64,000 nt of DNA from assembly GCA_028870115.1 (NCBI GenBank), contig JAGWQH010000096.1, positions 1,242 to 65,241 of the forward strand. The letters are read 5' to 3'. The position numbers and the translations under genes were made by a program. This DNA is from Candidatus Methylomirabilota bacterium (GTDB taxonomy: Bacteria; Methylomirabilota; Methylomirabilia; Methylomirabilales; Methylomirabilaceae). This document shows, piece after piece, positions 33,267 through 44,217 of this stretch. Under the pieces are notes generated by a model that was not told where the DNA came from, searched no databases, and saw nothing but the letters and a program-made list of their open reading frames with translations. Position 1 is the first letter of the stretch, and each line of letters opens with the position of its first letter.

Positions 33267-35366
33267 CTACTCCGCCTTAACCTGCGTCTCCGACTGTACC
33301 ACCTCTTTCCGACTCAACCGGATCTTCCCGTTCTTGTCGACGTCGATCACTTTTACCATGACCTCATCCCCTTCCGACAAGATATCCTCGACCCTCTTCA
33401 CCCGGTGTTCGGCAATTTGAGAGATATGCAGAAGGCCATCAGTGCCGGGAAGGATCTGGACAAAAGCACCAAAGTCCATAATCTTGACTACCTTCCCTTG
33501 ATAGACCTTGCCTACCTCAGGAACCTCGACGATCTTGCTGATGATCGACAAAGCCTTCTGTGCTGCCTCTTCGTCAACCGAGGCGATCTCAATCCGCCCG
33601 TCGTCAGAGACATCGATCTTCGCCCCGGAGTCTGCCACAATCCCGCGGATCACCTTACCGCCAGGGCCGATGACGTCACGGATTTTGTCCACCGGAATCA
33701 TCAGCGTGATGATGCGTGGGGCATACGCCGACATATTCGGCCTTGGCTCCGCAATGGCGCGATCCATTTGATCCAAAATATGGAGACGAGCGCGTCTGGC
33801 CTGATCCAGCGCCTTCGGCATGAGGCTAGGCGTGATACCTTGGGTCTTGATATCCAGTTGCAGCGCCGTGATCCCTTTCCGGGTGCCGGCCACCTTAAAG
33901 TCCATGTCGCCAAGGTGATCCTCAAGTCCGATGATATCGGTGAGAATCGCCGCCTGCTCATTTTCCATGACGAGCCCCATCGCTACTCCGGCCACCGCTG
34001 ACCGGATCGGAACCCCGGCATCCATTAAGCTGAGGCTCGCGCCGCAGACCGTCGCCATGGAAGACGACCCGTTCGACTCGAGGATATCTGAGACAATCCG
34101 AAGGGTATACGAAAACTCCTCCTTCGTCGGCAGCGCCGCGAGAAGGGCTCGCTCGGCGAGGGCCCCGTGCCCAATCTCGCGTCGACCGGGACCGCGCATG
34201 AACTTAACCTCGCCGACGCTGAACGGTGGAAAGTTGTAATGGAGCATAAACCGTTTAGTACCCTCTCCCTCGAGATTATCCAGACGCTGTTCATCTTCCG
34301 AGGTGCCGAGCGTGGTGGTCACAAGAGCCTGCGTCTGACCCCTTGTGAAGAGGGCTGATCCATGAGTCCTTGGCAGGACACCGACCTCGGCGGTAATCGG
34401 TCGAACATCCTCGAGCGATCTTCCGTCCGCCCGCTTCCCGTCTTCCAGGATCATTCGGCGTAACTCCTCGTGCTCGATCTGCTCAAACAGCCTCCTGACG
34501 ACTGCTGTCCGGTCCTCCGCCTCATTGCTGAACGCCGCCATGACCTCATCAAAGAGCTGCTGTCGACGGCTCCGCTGTTCCTCCTTCTCCGCGATCCCGG
34601 TCAGGGTCCGAAGCCCTTGGCGGGCCAGGTGGTTCACGCGCTCACCTAACTCGGGATCCACAGGGCAAATACTGAATGGCGCCTTTTCAACCCGAAGCTC
34701 TTTCGCCAGCTCCAGCGCCATGTTAATCATGGGCTGGATCCCCTTATGCCCAAACTCGATCGCCTCCATCATCAACTCTTCAGGGACCTCGTTGGCTCCG
34801 GCCTCAAGCATCACTACAGCGCTTTGGGTCCCCGCGACCACCATATCGATGTCGGATCCTTCCATCTGGGCATAGGTGGGATTGAGGACCAACTTGCCCC
34901 CCACCCGACCCACCCGGACCGCACCGATCGGCCCGAGGAACGGGATGGGCGCTATGGTGAGAGCGGCGGAGGCGCCCAACACCGCCAAGACGTCAGGGTC
35001 GTTTTCCTGGTCTGCGGACAGAACCGTGGCGATAATCTGGACGTCATGCCGATAGCCATCCGGGAAGAGGGGACGGAGTGGACGATCGATAAGGCGCGAG
35101 GTCAGCGTCTCCTTCTCATGAGGCCGACCCTCTCGCTTAAAGAAGCCACCAGGGATTTTACCGGCTGCGTAGGCCCGTTCCTGGTAATCGACAGTGAGTG
35201 GAAAGAAATCGATCCCCTGTCGCATCTGTTTCGACGCCACCGCCGTAACCAGCACGACCGTATCGCCATACCGGACTAGCACAGCGCCATCGGCCTGCCT
35301 GGCCACACGCCCAGCCTCGATACTCAAGAGTTTCCCTTCAATGATCCGCTCGACACGGCAACTCAT
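33267..35366 (-). CDS. pnp: Polyribonucleotide nucleotidyltransferase
   Basis: [45 protein letters not shown] and S1 domains. Confidence 0.99.
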   Translation of the reverse strand: MSCRVERIIEGKLLSIEAGRVARQADGAVLVRYGDTVVLVTAVASKQMRQGIDFFPLTVDYQERAYAAGKIPGGFFKREGRPHEKETLTSRLIDRPLRPLFPDGYRHDVQIIATVLSADQENDPDVLAVLGASAALTIAPIPFLGPIGAVRVGRVGGKLVLNPTYAQMEGSDIDMVVAGTQSAVVMLEAGANEVPEELMMEAIEFGHKGIQPMINMALELAKELRVEKAPFSICPVDPELGERVNHLARQGLRTLTGIAEKEEQRSRRQQLFDEVMAAFSNEAEDRTAVVRRLFEQIEHEELRRMILEDGKRADGRSLEDVRPITAEVGVLPRTHGSALFTRGQTQALVTTTLGTSEDEQRLDNLEGEGTKRFMLHYNFPPFSVGEVKFMRGPGRREIGHGALAERALLAALPTKEEFSYTLRIVSDILESNGSSSMATVCGASLSLMDAGVPIRSAVAGVAMGLVMENEQAAILTDIIGLEDHLGDMDFKVAGTRKGITALQLDIKTQGITPSLMPKALDQARRARLHILDQMDRAIAEPRPNMSAYAPRIITLMIPVDKIRDVIGPGGKVIRGIVADSGAKIDVSDDGRIEIASVDEEAAQKALSIISKIVEVPEVGKVYQGKVVKIMDFGAFVQILPGTDGLLHISQIAEHRVKRVEDILSEGDEVMVKVIDVDKNGKIRLSRKEVVQSETQVKAE

Positions 35367-35632
35367 TTACGGATTCCCAACCTTTCGATGATCTGTTTAT
35401 ACCTGTTCGTATCTTTGCTCCTGAGATAGTCCAAGAGTTTCCGGCGCCGTGCGACGAGGCGGAGCAGCCCTCTCCTGGAGTGAAAGTCTTTCTTGTGGCC
35501 ATTCAGGTGTTCGGTCAGGTAGCCGATTCGCCCGGTCAGAAGCGCGATCTGTACATCCGGGGAGCCGGAGTCGGTGTCATGTAGCCGATACTGCCCAATG
35601 ATCTCTTGCTTATTTGTAGACGCCTTACCCAC
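35363..35632 (-). CDS. rpsO: 30S ribosomal protein S15
   Basis: [25 protein letters not shown]; GTG 35632 with SD AGGAGG gives 89 aa. Confidence 0.98.
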   Translation of the reverse strand: MGKASTNKQEIIGQYRLHDTDSGSPDVQIALLTGRIGYLTEHLNGHKKDFHSRRGLLRLVARRRKLLDYLRSKDTNRYKQIIERLGIRK

Positions 35633-35654
35633 GAAGCCGCATCCTCCTTTCTTC

Positions 35655-36662
35655 TTAAGTAGATACCTGAAACCGGGAGTACGATAGCATAGGCCTTTCC
35701 GGGAGTAAAGCCCATTCTTCCGGAGAAAACTGCGGGAAGGCAGCAAACACCGCATCCGCTTGCCGCTTGTCGCAGTCGATCTGCTGTCGGAGCAACGACG
35801 GGTCATCGAAGCGCCGCTCGTCCCGCAAAAGTTCAAGGAAGAAGAGTGTGAGCGTCTCCCCGTACAATTCCCCCTCTTCAGTCTCTAACAGGTGGACTTC
35901 CACTCGCCTGGCCTCACCCCCAAAGGTCGGAGCTCTGCCGACATTAATCAGCGCCTTGTGTAACTCGTGCTTCAACCATGCCAAGCCGGCATATACGCCA
36001 TCCGGAACGATCAAATCAGCGGTCGCGGCAAGATTGGCCGTCGGGTACCCCAGCCCCCTGCCTCGTTTAGCGCCACGTTCTATATGTCCAAGAATCGCGT
36101 ACGGTCGCCCCAAAAAGTGGGTTGCCCGGCGCAACTCCCCTCCGGCAAGCAGGCGGCGGATCAGAGTAGAACTGACCACATGACCGTCCGCTGTCATCGC
36201 AGGAACCACTTCAAGCTCGAACCGATACTCCTCCCCAAGTGTCCTGAGCAGTTCCGGCGAGCCAGCCCTGGCCTTACCAAAGGCAAAGTCGTATCCGATA
36301 CACACAAAACGCGCTCGAAGTCGATCGACCAGGTAGGTCTTCACAAAATCGCGCGGCGAGGTGACGGCCAGAAAAGGAGTAAAGCCGACGGCGATCATCA
36401 GATCGATGCCGAGCGCAGCCATGATGTCCCGCTTGATCGACAGTGGCGTAATGAGAGGCGGAGCCTTTAAAGGGTTCACCACTTCTAACGGATGTCGCGC
36501 GAAGGTAAAGACAACTGCCGTTCCGCCTTCCTGGCGGGCACGCCGCACCACGCGACCCAGGATCTCACGGTGTCCAAGATGGACCCCATCGAATGTCCCG
36601 ACCGCTACCGCAGCGGAGGGATATTCGTCTTCCAGATCCTCAATCTGCTCGATGACAATCAT
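35655..36662 (-). CDS. ribF: Bifunctional riboflavin kinase / FAD synthetase
   Basis: [34 protein letters not shown]. Confidence 0.97.
   Translation of the reverse strand: MIVIEQIEDLEDEYPSAAVAVGTFDGVHLGHREILGRVVRRARQEGGTAVVFTFARHPLEVVNPLKAPPLITPLSIKRDIMAALGIDLMIAVGFTPFLAVTSPRDFVKTYLVDRLRARFVCIGYDFAFGKARAGSPELLRTLGEEYRFELEVVPAMTADGHVVSSTLIRRLLAGGELRRATHFLGRPYAILGHIERGAKRGRGLGYPTANLAATADLIVPDGVYAGLAWLKHELHKALINVGRAPTFGGEARRVEVHLLETEEGELYGETLTLFFLELLRDERRFDDPSLLRQQIDCDKRQADAVFAAFPQFSPEEWALLPERPMLSYSRFQVST
35681..35709 (-). promoter_or_regulatory. Putative internal promoter for rpsO-pnp inside ribF 3' end
   Basis: TTTACT-N17-TATCGT with TG extended -10. Confidence 0.35.
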
Positions 36663-37609
36663 TGCCCGGCGAGGACCCGTACCGGTTTTAAGACGATCCG
36701 ACGCGGATCGACTGCGGAGAATTCCCGGCCCGCAACCGTTACCTCGGCCAGCGAAAGAAGCTGGCGCCGATATCCCAGGACCCGGACAAGGTCGCCCTTC
36801 TCCACCTCCATCGGGAAACTGAGCAGCGCGCCAGCCACCATCCCGCCTCCCTGAACAACCCCTCGAGAGGACTCGGGGTGAATCCTGACAACCGGCAGGT
36901 GCCCGAGAGCTTCTCCGATCGGGATCAGCACATCCCGGATACGCCCCTCCATGACGGTCTGCTCGAGCTGCTCCAGCGTCAACGCGTCGTCAACCAGGAA
37001 ACGGCCTGATCGGACGCGAGTCAACGCATACAGGTGCGCGCCGCACCCGAGGATCCGACCAATGTCATCACACAGAGTACGAGCGTACGTCCCCTTGGAA
37101 CAACTCACCCGGAATCGAACGAAGGGGAAGTCGATCTCCAGCAGCGTCAGCTCATGAATCCGCACCGCAATCGGCTGCCGTTCGACTGTTTCGCCTCGGC
37201 GAGCCAGGCGATAGAGGCGCTCTCCATGATGCTTCTTCGCGGAGAAAAGGGGCGGCACCTGCTGGATCTCTCCGACAAAACTCTCCAGAACTTCTCGCAG
37301 TCTGGCAGAGTCTACGTCAACATGATCCGTCTGGGACAGCACTTTCCCATCAGCATCCAAGGTGTCAGTGGTGATACCCAGCCGCATCGTGATCAGGTAC
37401 TCCTTGTCGGCTTGCGTAAGAAATTGTGCGATTCGAGTCGCCCGTCCGATGCAGAGCGGCAGCACGCCGGTCGCCCTCGGATCAAGCGTACCGGTATGAC
37501 CAACACGGCGCATCTTCAGCAGACGCCGCACCACGTCCACTACATCATGGGAGGTCATCCCCCCAGGCTTATTGATATTCAAGACTCCGCTGAGTTCCAT
37601 GGCACGCAC
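36659..37609 (-). CDS. truB: tRNA pseudouridine(55) synthase
   Basis: KPGGMTSHD, GHTGTLDP, QVPPLFSAKK, CSKGTYAR. Confidence 0.98.
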   Translation of the reverse strand: MRAMELSGVLNINKPGGMTSHDVVDVVRRLLKMRRVGHTGTLDPRATGVLPLCIGRATRIAQFLTQADKEYLITMRLGITTDTLDADGKVLSQTDHVDVDSARLREVLESFVGEIQQVPPLFSAKKHHGERLYRLARRGETVERQPIAVRIHELTLLEIDFPFVRFRVSCSKGTYARTLCDDIGRILGCGAHLYALTRVRSGRFLVDDALTLEQLEQTVMEGRIRDVLIPIGEALGHLPVVRIHPESSRGVVQGGGMVAGALLSFPMEVEKGDLVRVLGYRRQLLSLAEVTVAGREFSAVDPRRIVLKPVRVLAGQ

Positions 37610-37615
37610 CAGAGA

Positions 37616-38488
37616 TTAGTCAGAGATGACCGGTCCAGAGTCCAACTCCCCTTTTCTGATCCGCAGACGCTCGACGGTCTCCAAGGGTACCTCTACCCCA
37701 CCCAACTCGGCATCGGCAACCACCCCACCACCATGGAAATCGCTCCCACCGGTGGGTATAAGTCGATGCCGCCCGGCGACGGCAAGCAGGGTCGCTGTGA
37801 TTTCCGGGGTATACCCCTTGTAGTAGGTCTCGATCCCTTCCAAGCCCGCCTCCATCATCATCGGCAGAAGTCGCTCGAGATCCAGATGGTAATCGCTTGC
37901 GCCTACGATAATCGGGTGCGCCAGCGAGGGCACACCCTGAGCCTGCCTGATCAGGCTGACCGCCTCTTGCGGGAGGAACTTCGGGCTCTCAACATAGCCA
38001 GGGCCCCCTCGTCTCAGAAAACGCGCGAACGCCTCATCCACCGATGCGACGGCGCCGCGCTCTACAAGGGCCTTGGCGATATGCGGCCGTCCGACCGATC
38101 CCCCATTCGCAATGGCCATGACGCGATCCCACTCGAGCGGATGCCCGAGCGCGCCTAACCGCTCGACCATGGCCTGGGCCTGAACGAGCCTGTCTTCCTG
38201 CAGTCGACGGAGAGCCTTTTGCAGTGACGAATCGCCCGCGTCAAGCAGGTAGCCCAGGACATGGATCTCGTCGCCATCGAGGTTCGCGCTCACCTCGATC
38301 CCAGGAATCACGTCAATTGCCAGATCAGAGGCGGCCTCTTGCGCCTCGGCGATCCCATCCACGCTGTCATGGTCGGTCACCGCTATAACGCGGATCCCAA
38401 TACGGGCGGCGGTCTCTACCAGCTCCGCCGGCTGAAGCGCGCCATCGGAGGCCTTTGTATGGAGGTGCAGATCGACACGACTCGCCAT
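37616..38488 (-). CDS. PHP-domain phosphoesterase (YciV/TrpH/Rnm-like)
   Basis: DLHLHT..SDG, VTDHD, IPGIEVS, IHVLGY, GRPHIA, LAHP, TGGSDFHG. Confidence 0.92.
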   Translation of the reverse strand: MASRVDLHLHTKASDGALQPAELVETAARIGIRVIAVTDHDSVDGIAEAQEAASDLAIDVIPGIEVSANLDGDEIHVLGYLLDAGDSSLQKALRRLQEDRLVQAQAMVERLGALGHPLEWDRVMAIANGGSVGRPHIAKALVERGAVASVDEAFARFLRRGGPGYVESPKFLPQEAVSLIRQAQGVPSLAHPIIVGASDYHLDLERLLPMMMEAGLEGIETYYKGYTPEITATLLAVAGRHRLIPTGGSDFHGGGVVADAELGGVEVPLETVERLRIRKGELDSGPVISD

Positions 38489-38490
38489 CG

Positions 38491-38853
38491 TTATTGCTCC
38501 TTTGTCTCGGTCGCTTCGATCTGCCGGAATAGCTCGTCCAGATGCATCTCCTGCTCCAGCGAATCATCAGGTAAAAACAGAAGCTCCGGGGCGTAGCGCA
38601 GGCACAATCGGCGTCCTAATTCCCCACGGAGAAAGCCGGCCGCACACTTCAGGCCGATCAGCGTCTCCTGACGCTGTTTCTCTTCGCCTCCCATCGAGGC
38701 GATATAAACCCTCGCATGCCGTAAATCGTCGCTCACCCTGACGCGGGTGACTGTGGCAAAACGGATCCTCGGGTCCTTGACCGACTGTAAGATCAGGCGA
38801 CTAATCTCTTCCTGTATCAAGGTACCGACCCGATCGGCGCGCCTGCCTTGCAT
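38491..38853 (-). CDS. rbfA: Ribosome-binding factor A
   Basis: RADRV, KDPRI, VTRVRVSDDLRHARVY, LRYAPELLF..DDS. Confidence 0.96.
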   Translation of the reverse strand: MQGRRADRVGTLIQEEISRLILQSVKDPRIRFATVTRVRVSDDLRHARVYIASMGGEEKQRQETLIGLKCAAGFLRGELGRRLCLRYAPELLFLPDDSLEQEMHLDELFRQIEATETKEQ

Positions 38854-38887
38854 CACCATTCTCTCCGCAGCCAACAGACCAGGATCG

Positions 38888-39175
38888 TCAATGGGCCATC
38901 AGATCGATCTCATAATCGAGAATCAGGGCGTCGGCGTCAGCCTCGATAAGGTTGACTACTTTGGTCAGGATTTCGTCCACCAATCGGGAGCTGTTGCTGA
39001 CGCAGGCGATCCCCAGTGTGGCGCGTTGCCATTCGTCAAGACGATCCACCTCGGCGACCGAGACATTGAAGCGGCCTCGGATCCGATCTTTGATGCTCTT
39101 CACAACCCGCCGCTTACCCTTGAGGGAGTTATTGCCGGCCAGGCGCAACTCGACGCGGCACGTTCCAACCGTCAT
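38888..39175 (-). CDS. DUF503 (YlxP-like) protein
   Basis: SLKGKRRVVKS, FNVSVAEV...D.WQRA.LG.ACVS; start refined to ATG 39175. Confidence 0.9.
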   Translation of the reverse strand: MTVGTCRVELRLAGNNSLKGKRRVVKSIKDRIRGRFNVSVAEVDRLDEWQRATLGIACVSNSSRLVDEILTKVVNLIEADADALILDYEIDLMAH

Positions 39176-39188
39176 GAGATAAAACAGT

Positions 39189-39247
39189 TTCGAGTTTTTA
39201 GTTTCGAGTGCAGCGTAACTCGCAACCCGAAATTCGAAACCCAAAAC
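39189..39247. repeat. Inverted heptamer arrays (TTCGAGT / ACTCGAA)
   Basis: TTCGAGT TTTTAGT TTCGAGT loop ACTCGCA ACCCGAA ATTCGAA ACCCAAA; same family as 30634-30675. Confidence 0.75.
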
Positions 39248-39251
39248 CTCA

Positions 39252-41639
39252 CTATAATTTTTGGGCTACCGATTCCAGCTCGAAGACTTCCAGGATATCG
39301 CCAACCTTGATGTCATTAAAGTTCATCAGACCGACGCCGCACTCAAACCCACTTTGCACCTCTCGGACATCCTCTTTGAAGCGGCGAAGCGATCCAACTC
39401 GCCCCTTATGGACTACCTTGCCGTCCCGAATAAGGCGGACTTGGCTGTCTCTGGCGACCTTTCCCTCCACAACCATTGAGCCGGCAATCGCACCTATTTT
39501 CGGTACAGCGAAGACCTGACGAACCTCCACGCGACCGATCGACCGTTCGATATACTTGGGCTCCAGCAGCCCCTCCATCGCCTGCCGAATCTCATTGATG
39601 GCGTCATAGATCACAGTGTAGAGTCGAATTTCGACGCCTTCCTGCTCGGCCAGCTTCTGGGCCTTTGGCTCAGGACGCACATGGAAACCTACGATCACCG
39701 CGTTGGAGGCTGACGCCAACATCACGTCAGTCTCGGTAATAGCGCCGACCGACGCATGAATCACCTTTAATCTGACCGCGTCGGTGCCGATCCGTCCCAG
39801 CGATTCACGGAACGGCCCGATGGAGCCCTGGACATCCCCCTTGATAATCATCCGAAGTTCTTTGACCTCGCCCTCCTGGATGCGACGGTGCAAATCCTCC
39901 AGGGTCACGCGGTGCTTCGAAACGATCATCTCCTCGCGATGTTTCTGCTGCCGGCTGAGCGCGATTTGCCGTCCTTTTCGTTCATCGGATACTACAACGA
40001 ACGTATCTCCGGCCATGGGGACACCCGACAGACCCAGCACCTCCACCGGAGTCGCTGGTCCGGCCAACTGAACCCTTTTCCCTTTCTCATTGTTCATCGC
40101 CCGCACCCGGCCCGAATGCAATCCGGCAACGATCACGTCCCCCACCTTCAGGGTTCCCTGCTGAACCAACACGGTGGCGACCGGTCCCCGACCACGATCC
40201 AGTTCGGCCTCAATGATCACGCCCTTCGCTGCTCTGTGCGGGTTAGCCTTCAGTTCCTGGATCTCGGCCAGCAGAAGCAGCATCTCGAGCAGGTGATCGA
40301 TACCGATCTTCTTTTTGGCCGAGACCTCCACATAGATCGTCTGTCCTCCCCACTCTTCCGAAACCAGACCCTGTTCCGCTAACTGTTGCATGACACGGTT
40401 CGGATCGGCCCCCGGCTTATCGATCTTGTTAATTGCCACCAGGATCGGGACGCCCGCGTCCTTGGCGTGGCTGATCGCCTCCAGCGTCTGAGGCATCACC
40501 CCGTCATCGGCCGCCACGACCAAAACCACGATGTCGGTCGCCTGGGCCCCACGCGCCCGCATGGCGGTAAACGCCTCGTGGCCCGGTGTATCCAGAAACG
40601 TGATCTTGCCACCCGGTAGATCGACTTGATAGGCGCCGATGTGTTGAGTAATCCCACCGGCCTCCGAGGCGATGACATTGGTTTGCCGGATCGCATCCAG
40701 CAGAGAGGTTTTGCCGTGATCGACATGGCCCATGATCGTCACGACCGGAGATCTGGGCAGGAGCAGCGAAAGATCCTCAACTTCCTTGGCCTCAGCCGTA
40801 GTCTCTTCCAGGGGGGTCACTTCCACTGAGAACCCCAGCCGTTCGCCTGCGCGTTTCACTACCTCCACATCAAGCGGCTGATTGATCGTGGTCATAATTC
40901 CCAACTTGATCAACTGCTTAATGATCTCGCTGGAGCTCATTGAGATGCTGTCCGCCAGCTCCTTGACAGTGATCGTCTCCGCAATTTTGACTATCGGGCG
41001 TGACGGAGCAGAGGGCTCGCGCTCGACTTGCTCTACCTGGACCTGTGGCTCCGGTGCCGGCAGAATCTCAGTCACCCTCTGCCCTGAGCCGGAGATAATT
41101 GGGGTCCGGGATGGCGCCTCTTTCAAGCCTGCCTGCGCTACCGGAGCCTCGCGACCAGGCTCCAACGGCACAGCGGATGGCTGTTCGGAAACTGCGGCCC
41201 CTGCAGATGGCTGCAGGACAGATACTGCCTTGGGCTTCTGAGGTCCCTTTTGCTCAACCGGACTCAATACCCCGATGGATCTTACCCCTTCGGTTATTGG
41301 CTTAGTTCTGGATGGCGCCTTTGTCTCGGTGAGCTTGGATCGAGCGGGCTTACGAACCGAGGTCTTGATCATTGTTGTCTGCGCTTCGGCCTTTCCTGTC
41401 CTGAGACGTCGGCCCTCCACGGGCTTAGCGTGGGCCGACGGAGCCGCCTCCAGAGGTTTGGACTTGGGACGGCTTTTTTTCTGAGACGGTGCGGCTGCCA
41501 GGAGCGACCTGACATGGTCCTCATCCACGTTGCTGCTGTGGCTCTTGAGTTGCAAGCCCGACCGCTCAAGCCGGTCAAGAAGCTCTTTGCTTGATATACC
41601 AAGCACTTTCGCCAGATCGTAAACCCTAATCATTCCCAC
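39252..41639 (-). CDS. infB: Translation initiation factor IF-2
   Basis: RVYDLAK N-domain, [30 protein letters not shown]. Confidence 0.99.
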   Translation of the reverse strand: MGMIRVYDLAKVLGISSKELLDRLERSGLQLKSHSSNVDEDHVRSLLAAAPSQKKSRPKSKPLEAAPSAHAKPVEGRRLRTGKAEAQTTMIKTSVRKPARSKLTETKAPSRTKPITEGVRSIGVLSPVEQKGPQKPKAVSVLQPSAGAAVSEQPSAVPLEPGREAPVAQAGLKEAPSRTPIISGSGQRVTEILPAPEPQVQVEQVEREPSAPSRPIVKIAETITVKELADSISMSSSEIIKQLIKLGIMTTINQPLDVEVVKRAGERLGFSVEVTPLEETTAEAKEVEDLSLLLPRSPVVTIMGHVDHGKTSLLDAIRQTNVIASEAGGITQHIGAYQVDLPGGKITFLDTPGHEAFTAMRARGAQATDIVVLVVAADDGVMPQTLEAISHAKDAGVPILVAINKIDKPGADPNRVMQQLAEQGLVSEEWGGQTIYVEVSAKKKIGIDHLLEMLLLLAEIQELKANPHRAAKGVIIEAELDRGRGPVATVLVQQGTLKVGDVIVAGLHSGRVRAMNNEKGKRVQLAGPATPVEVLGLSGVPMAGDTFVVVSDERKGRQIALSRQQKHREEMIVSKHRVTLEDLHRRIQEGEVKELRMIIKGDVQGSIGPFRESLGRIGTDAVRLKVIHASVGAITETDVMLASASNAVIVGFHVRPEPKAQKLAEQEGVEIRLYTVIYDAINEIRQAMEGLLEPKYIERSIGRVEVRQVFAVPKIGAIAGSMVVEGKVARDSQVRLIRDGKVVHKGRVGSLRRFKEDVREVQSGFECGVGLMNFNDIKVGDILEVFELESVAQKL

Positions 41640-42288
41640 GCCGGATCACCTCCACACCTTCCGAGGCTCCGCTCTGCCCCCCGACTCGGCGGTCTGACCA
41701 TGTAGCCTCTCTCGCCTGCATCTCCACCGGTATCTTTTCCAGCACCGACATCACCGCCCCCGCAAAGTGCGGATCCATGATAGCAATGCATGCTCGAGGA
41801 GCCCCCCCGAGAGCGGCCCCTAACTCTTCCTTCTCCATGGCCTGCACCCATGTGATGCCAACCGTTGCGGCCAAACTCCGCGACTTCGCAACCGAGTTCG
41901 CCGACGCGTCTGTCGCGCTCAGGATTAACCGGGCCGAATGACGCTTCACGGCCGAATCCACCGCTTCTGCACCTGAGACGACCTTACGGGCCCGGCGGGC
42001 AAGTCCAAGGAGCGCGGCGACCTTGCGCGACACACGTTCCCGGATCAACCCCTCAAGAGCCTCCACTGTCATCGGTGCGAGCACCGCCTTCAGGCAACGC
42101 GCAAACTCACCTCTTTTCACTGCCTGCTCCAGGCATGAGCGGCGCGGACATACATAGGCGCCACGATCAGATCCCCCGCCCAGATCCACACCCAGCCTCC
42201 CGCCCGGAACCTGATGTACGCGAACAAGCTCCCTCTTCGGCCGGCTGGTGCGACAGGCAACACAAGAGCGAAAAGGCTCAGATACCAC
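41626..42288 (-). CDS. YlxR(RnpM/DUF448)-L7Ae(YlxQ) fusion protein
   Basis: RSCVACR...RGAYVC..C followed in the same ORF by [13 protein letters not shown]...A.DAS...ELG.ALG. Confidence 0.88.
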   Translation of the reverse strand: MVSEPFRSCVACRTSRPKRELVRVHQVPGGRLGVDLGGGSDRGAYVCPRRSCLEQAVKRGEFARCLKAVLAPMTVEALEGLIRERVSRKVAALLGLARRARKVVSGAEAVDSAVKRHSARLILSATDASANSVAKSRSLAATVGITWVQAMEKEELGAALGGAPRACIAIMDPHFAGAVMSVLEKIPVEMQAREATWSDRRVGGQSGASEGVEVIRRGND

Positions 42289-43590
42289 CTATTGTGCATC
42301 CCTCGAGGCGAGAGCGGCTTTCGCGGCCTCAATTAATTTTTGAGCTGTCTTTTGACCAATCCCCTCTATCTGGACCAAGGCTTCATCCGACGCGTCAGCC
42401 AACTTCTGGCAACTGTCCAGACCGACCTCGATCAGGCGATCGACCAATTTCTCACCTAGACCCGGCAAGTTCGCCAACGGCAGGGCAGCGCCAGCCGAAC
42501 TCTCCGCCACTGACGTTGCGGCCTCACACTCCGGCTGGACCTGCTTTTCCGGTTCTTTCTGAACCTCACCCCGGCCCTTGACATCCACTTTCCATCCCAG
42601 TAGCTTGGCCGCCAGACGAGCGTTTTGTCCTCGTTTCCCAATGGCCAGAGAGAGCTGACCATCAGCCACCAACACATGAAGGGTGTGCGTCTCCTGGACC
42701 ACTTCAACGTTCTCAATTTCGGCCGGGGCAAGCGCACTCCGGACGAAGGAAGCCGGATCGTCCTTCCAGGCGATCACATCGATCTTTTCGCCCATCAACT
42801 CCCTGACGATGGCCTGAATCCGACTACCACGATATCCAACGCAGGCCCCTACGGGATCCACATTGCTGTCTCGGGAGGCCACAGCCACTTTGGCTCGTTC
42901 ACCCGCATCCCTGGCAACTGCCTTGATCTCAACGATTCCCTCGTAGATCTCGGGCACCTCGATCTCGAGCAGCTTAGCTAGGAGGCCGGGATGGGTTCGT
43001 GACAGGATAATCTGGGACCCTCTCGACAATTTCTTCACATCCAGCACGTACGCTCGAACCCGATCGCCGATCCTGTAATCCTCCCTGGGGAGCTGCTCTC
43101 TAGGGGGGAGAATCGCTTCCGCCTTCCCGAGATTGACGATGACGTTGCCCTTCGCAACTCGCTGCACGACGCCACCCACCAATTCACCCACTCTGGCCTT
43201 AAAGGCCTGAAATACGCTCTCCCGTTCGGCTTCCTTGACTCGCTGGATGATCACCTGCTTCGCCGTTTGGGCAGCGATCCGGCCGAACTCTCTTGCCTTC
43301 ATCTCAGATTTGATCTCATCGCCAAGTTGGGCCCCAGGGTTGAGCCGCTGGGCCTCATCTATGGAGATCTCGACGTGGGGATTCAGAACCTGTTCGACAA
43401 CCTTTCGTACCGCATACAGCATAAAGCAACGGGACCGTTGGTCGAACTCCACACGCAGGTCAAGCGCGGCCCCAAGACTCTTACGAGACGCGGAGAGGAT
43501 TGCCGCACCGACAGCCTCGATCAGCACTGCCGGATCGATCTCTTTTTCGCGTCCGACTTGTTCTATCACCTGCAGCAAATCAATGCCCAT
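42289..43590 (-). CDS. nusA: Transcription termination/antitermination factor NusA
   Basis: FGRIAAQTAKQVI, SRTHP, DPVGACVG, SLAIGKRGQNARLA, C-terminal HhH. Confidence 0.99.
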   Translation of the reverse strand: MGIDLLQVIEQVGREKEIDPAVLIEAVGAAILSASRKSLGAALDLRVEFDQRSRCFMLYAVRKVVEQVLNPHVEISIDEAQRLNPGAQLGDEIKSEMKAREFGRIAAQTAKQVIIQRVKEAERESVFQAFKARVGELVGGVVQRVAKGNVIVNLGKAEAILPPREQLPREDYRIGDRVRAYVLDVKKLSRGSQIILSRTHPGLLAKLLEIEVPEIYEGIVEIKAVARDAGERAKVAVASRDSNVDPVGACVGYRGSRIQAIVRELMGEKIDVIAWKDDPASFVRSALAPAEIENVEVVQETHTLHVLVADGQLSLAIGKRGQNARLAAKLLGWKVDVKGRGEVQKEPEKQVQPECEAATSVAESSAGAALPLANLPGLGEKLVDRLIEVGLDSCQKLADASDEALVQIEGIGQKTAQKLIEAAKAALASRDAQ

Positions 43591-43597
43591 CGTGTCA

Positions 43598-43625
43598 ACA
43601 CCCTATCCCCTAACCCCTATACGCT
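43598..43625. repeat. Four tandem heptamers (A[AT]CCCCT-like)
   Basis: ACACCCT ATCCCCT AACCCCT ATACGCT between rimP and nusA. Confidence 0.6.
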
Positions 43626-43629
43626 GCCT

Positions 43630-44091
43630 TTACAGGACTGGATCCAGTCGAGCCTTCGAAATCAGCGCATAAGGGATGAGGACAATGCTGCCGTCCTCCC
43701 GTTCCAGTAATACCCGCCCATCCTCGTAACCCCTAAGGACGCCAAGAAACCGCCGTTGACCCGCAACGGCCTGAGAGGTCGTGACTCTCGCCCGTTGACC
43801 CGCGAAGCGAAGAAAATCCGACTCCCGGCGGAGTGGCCGGTTTAAACCAGGAGAGGAGACTTCAAGCGTGTAGGGGTGATCGATAAGATTCTCTACGTCG
43901 AGAAGGTCACTCAGCTCTTCGCTCACTCGCTGGCAATCCCCCAGAGTCACCCCATCACGCTTGTCGAGATAGAGGCGAAGGGTCCATCCGCTTGCTTCCC
44001 GACGGAACTCAACGTCTACCAGCTCCAGTCCCAACTCCGTAAAGAGCGGAAGGGCGATCGACTTGACTCGCTCTACGACCTCCCCAGCCAT
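43630..44091 (-). CDS. rimP: Ribosome maturation factor RimP
   Basis: LRLYLDK, DCQRVS..LS..LDV, YTLEVSSPGLNRPL; start refined to ATG 44091. Confidence 0.97.
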   Translation of the reverse strand: MAGEVVERVKSIALPLFTELGLELVDVEFRREASGWTLRLYLDKRDGVTLGDCQRVSEELSDLLDVENLIDHPYTLEVSSPGLNRPLRRESDFLRFAGQRARVTTSQAVAGQRRFLGVLRGYEDGRVLLEREDGSIVLIPYALISKARLDPVL

Positions 44092-44113
44092 ATCATACCA
44101 CCCCTTATAAAAC

Positions 44114-44143
44114 AAAGAGCGGGCATTATTGGCCCACCTCTTT
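44114..44143 (-). promoter_or_regulatory. rimP leader hairpin (attenuator-like)
   Basis: AAAGAGGTGGGC-CAATAAT-GCCCGCTCTTT followed by GTTTTAT; resembles the AGAGTGGG...CCCACTCT hairpin commonly found before rimP. Confidence 0.55.
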
Positions 44144-44217
44144 TAAAATAGCACGCTTCTCTTACATTGTACAGGGGAAATCAAGGGAAAGATTGGGCGG
44201 AACGGATAGGGAGCGGC

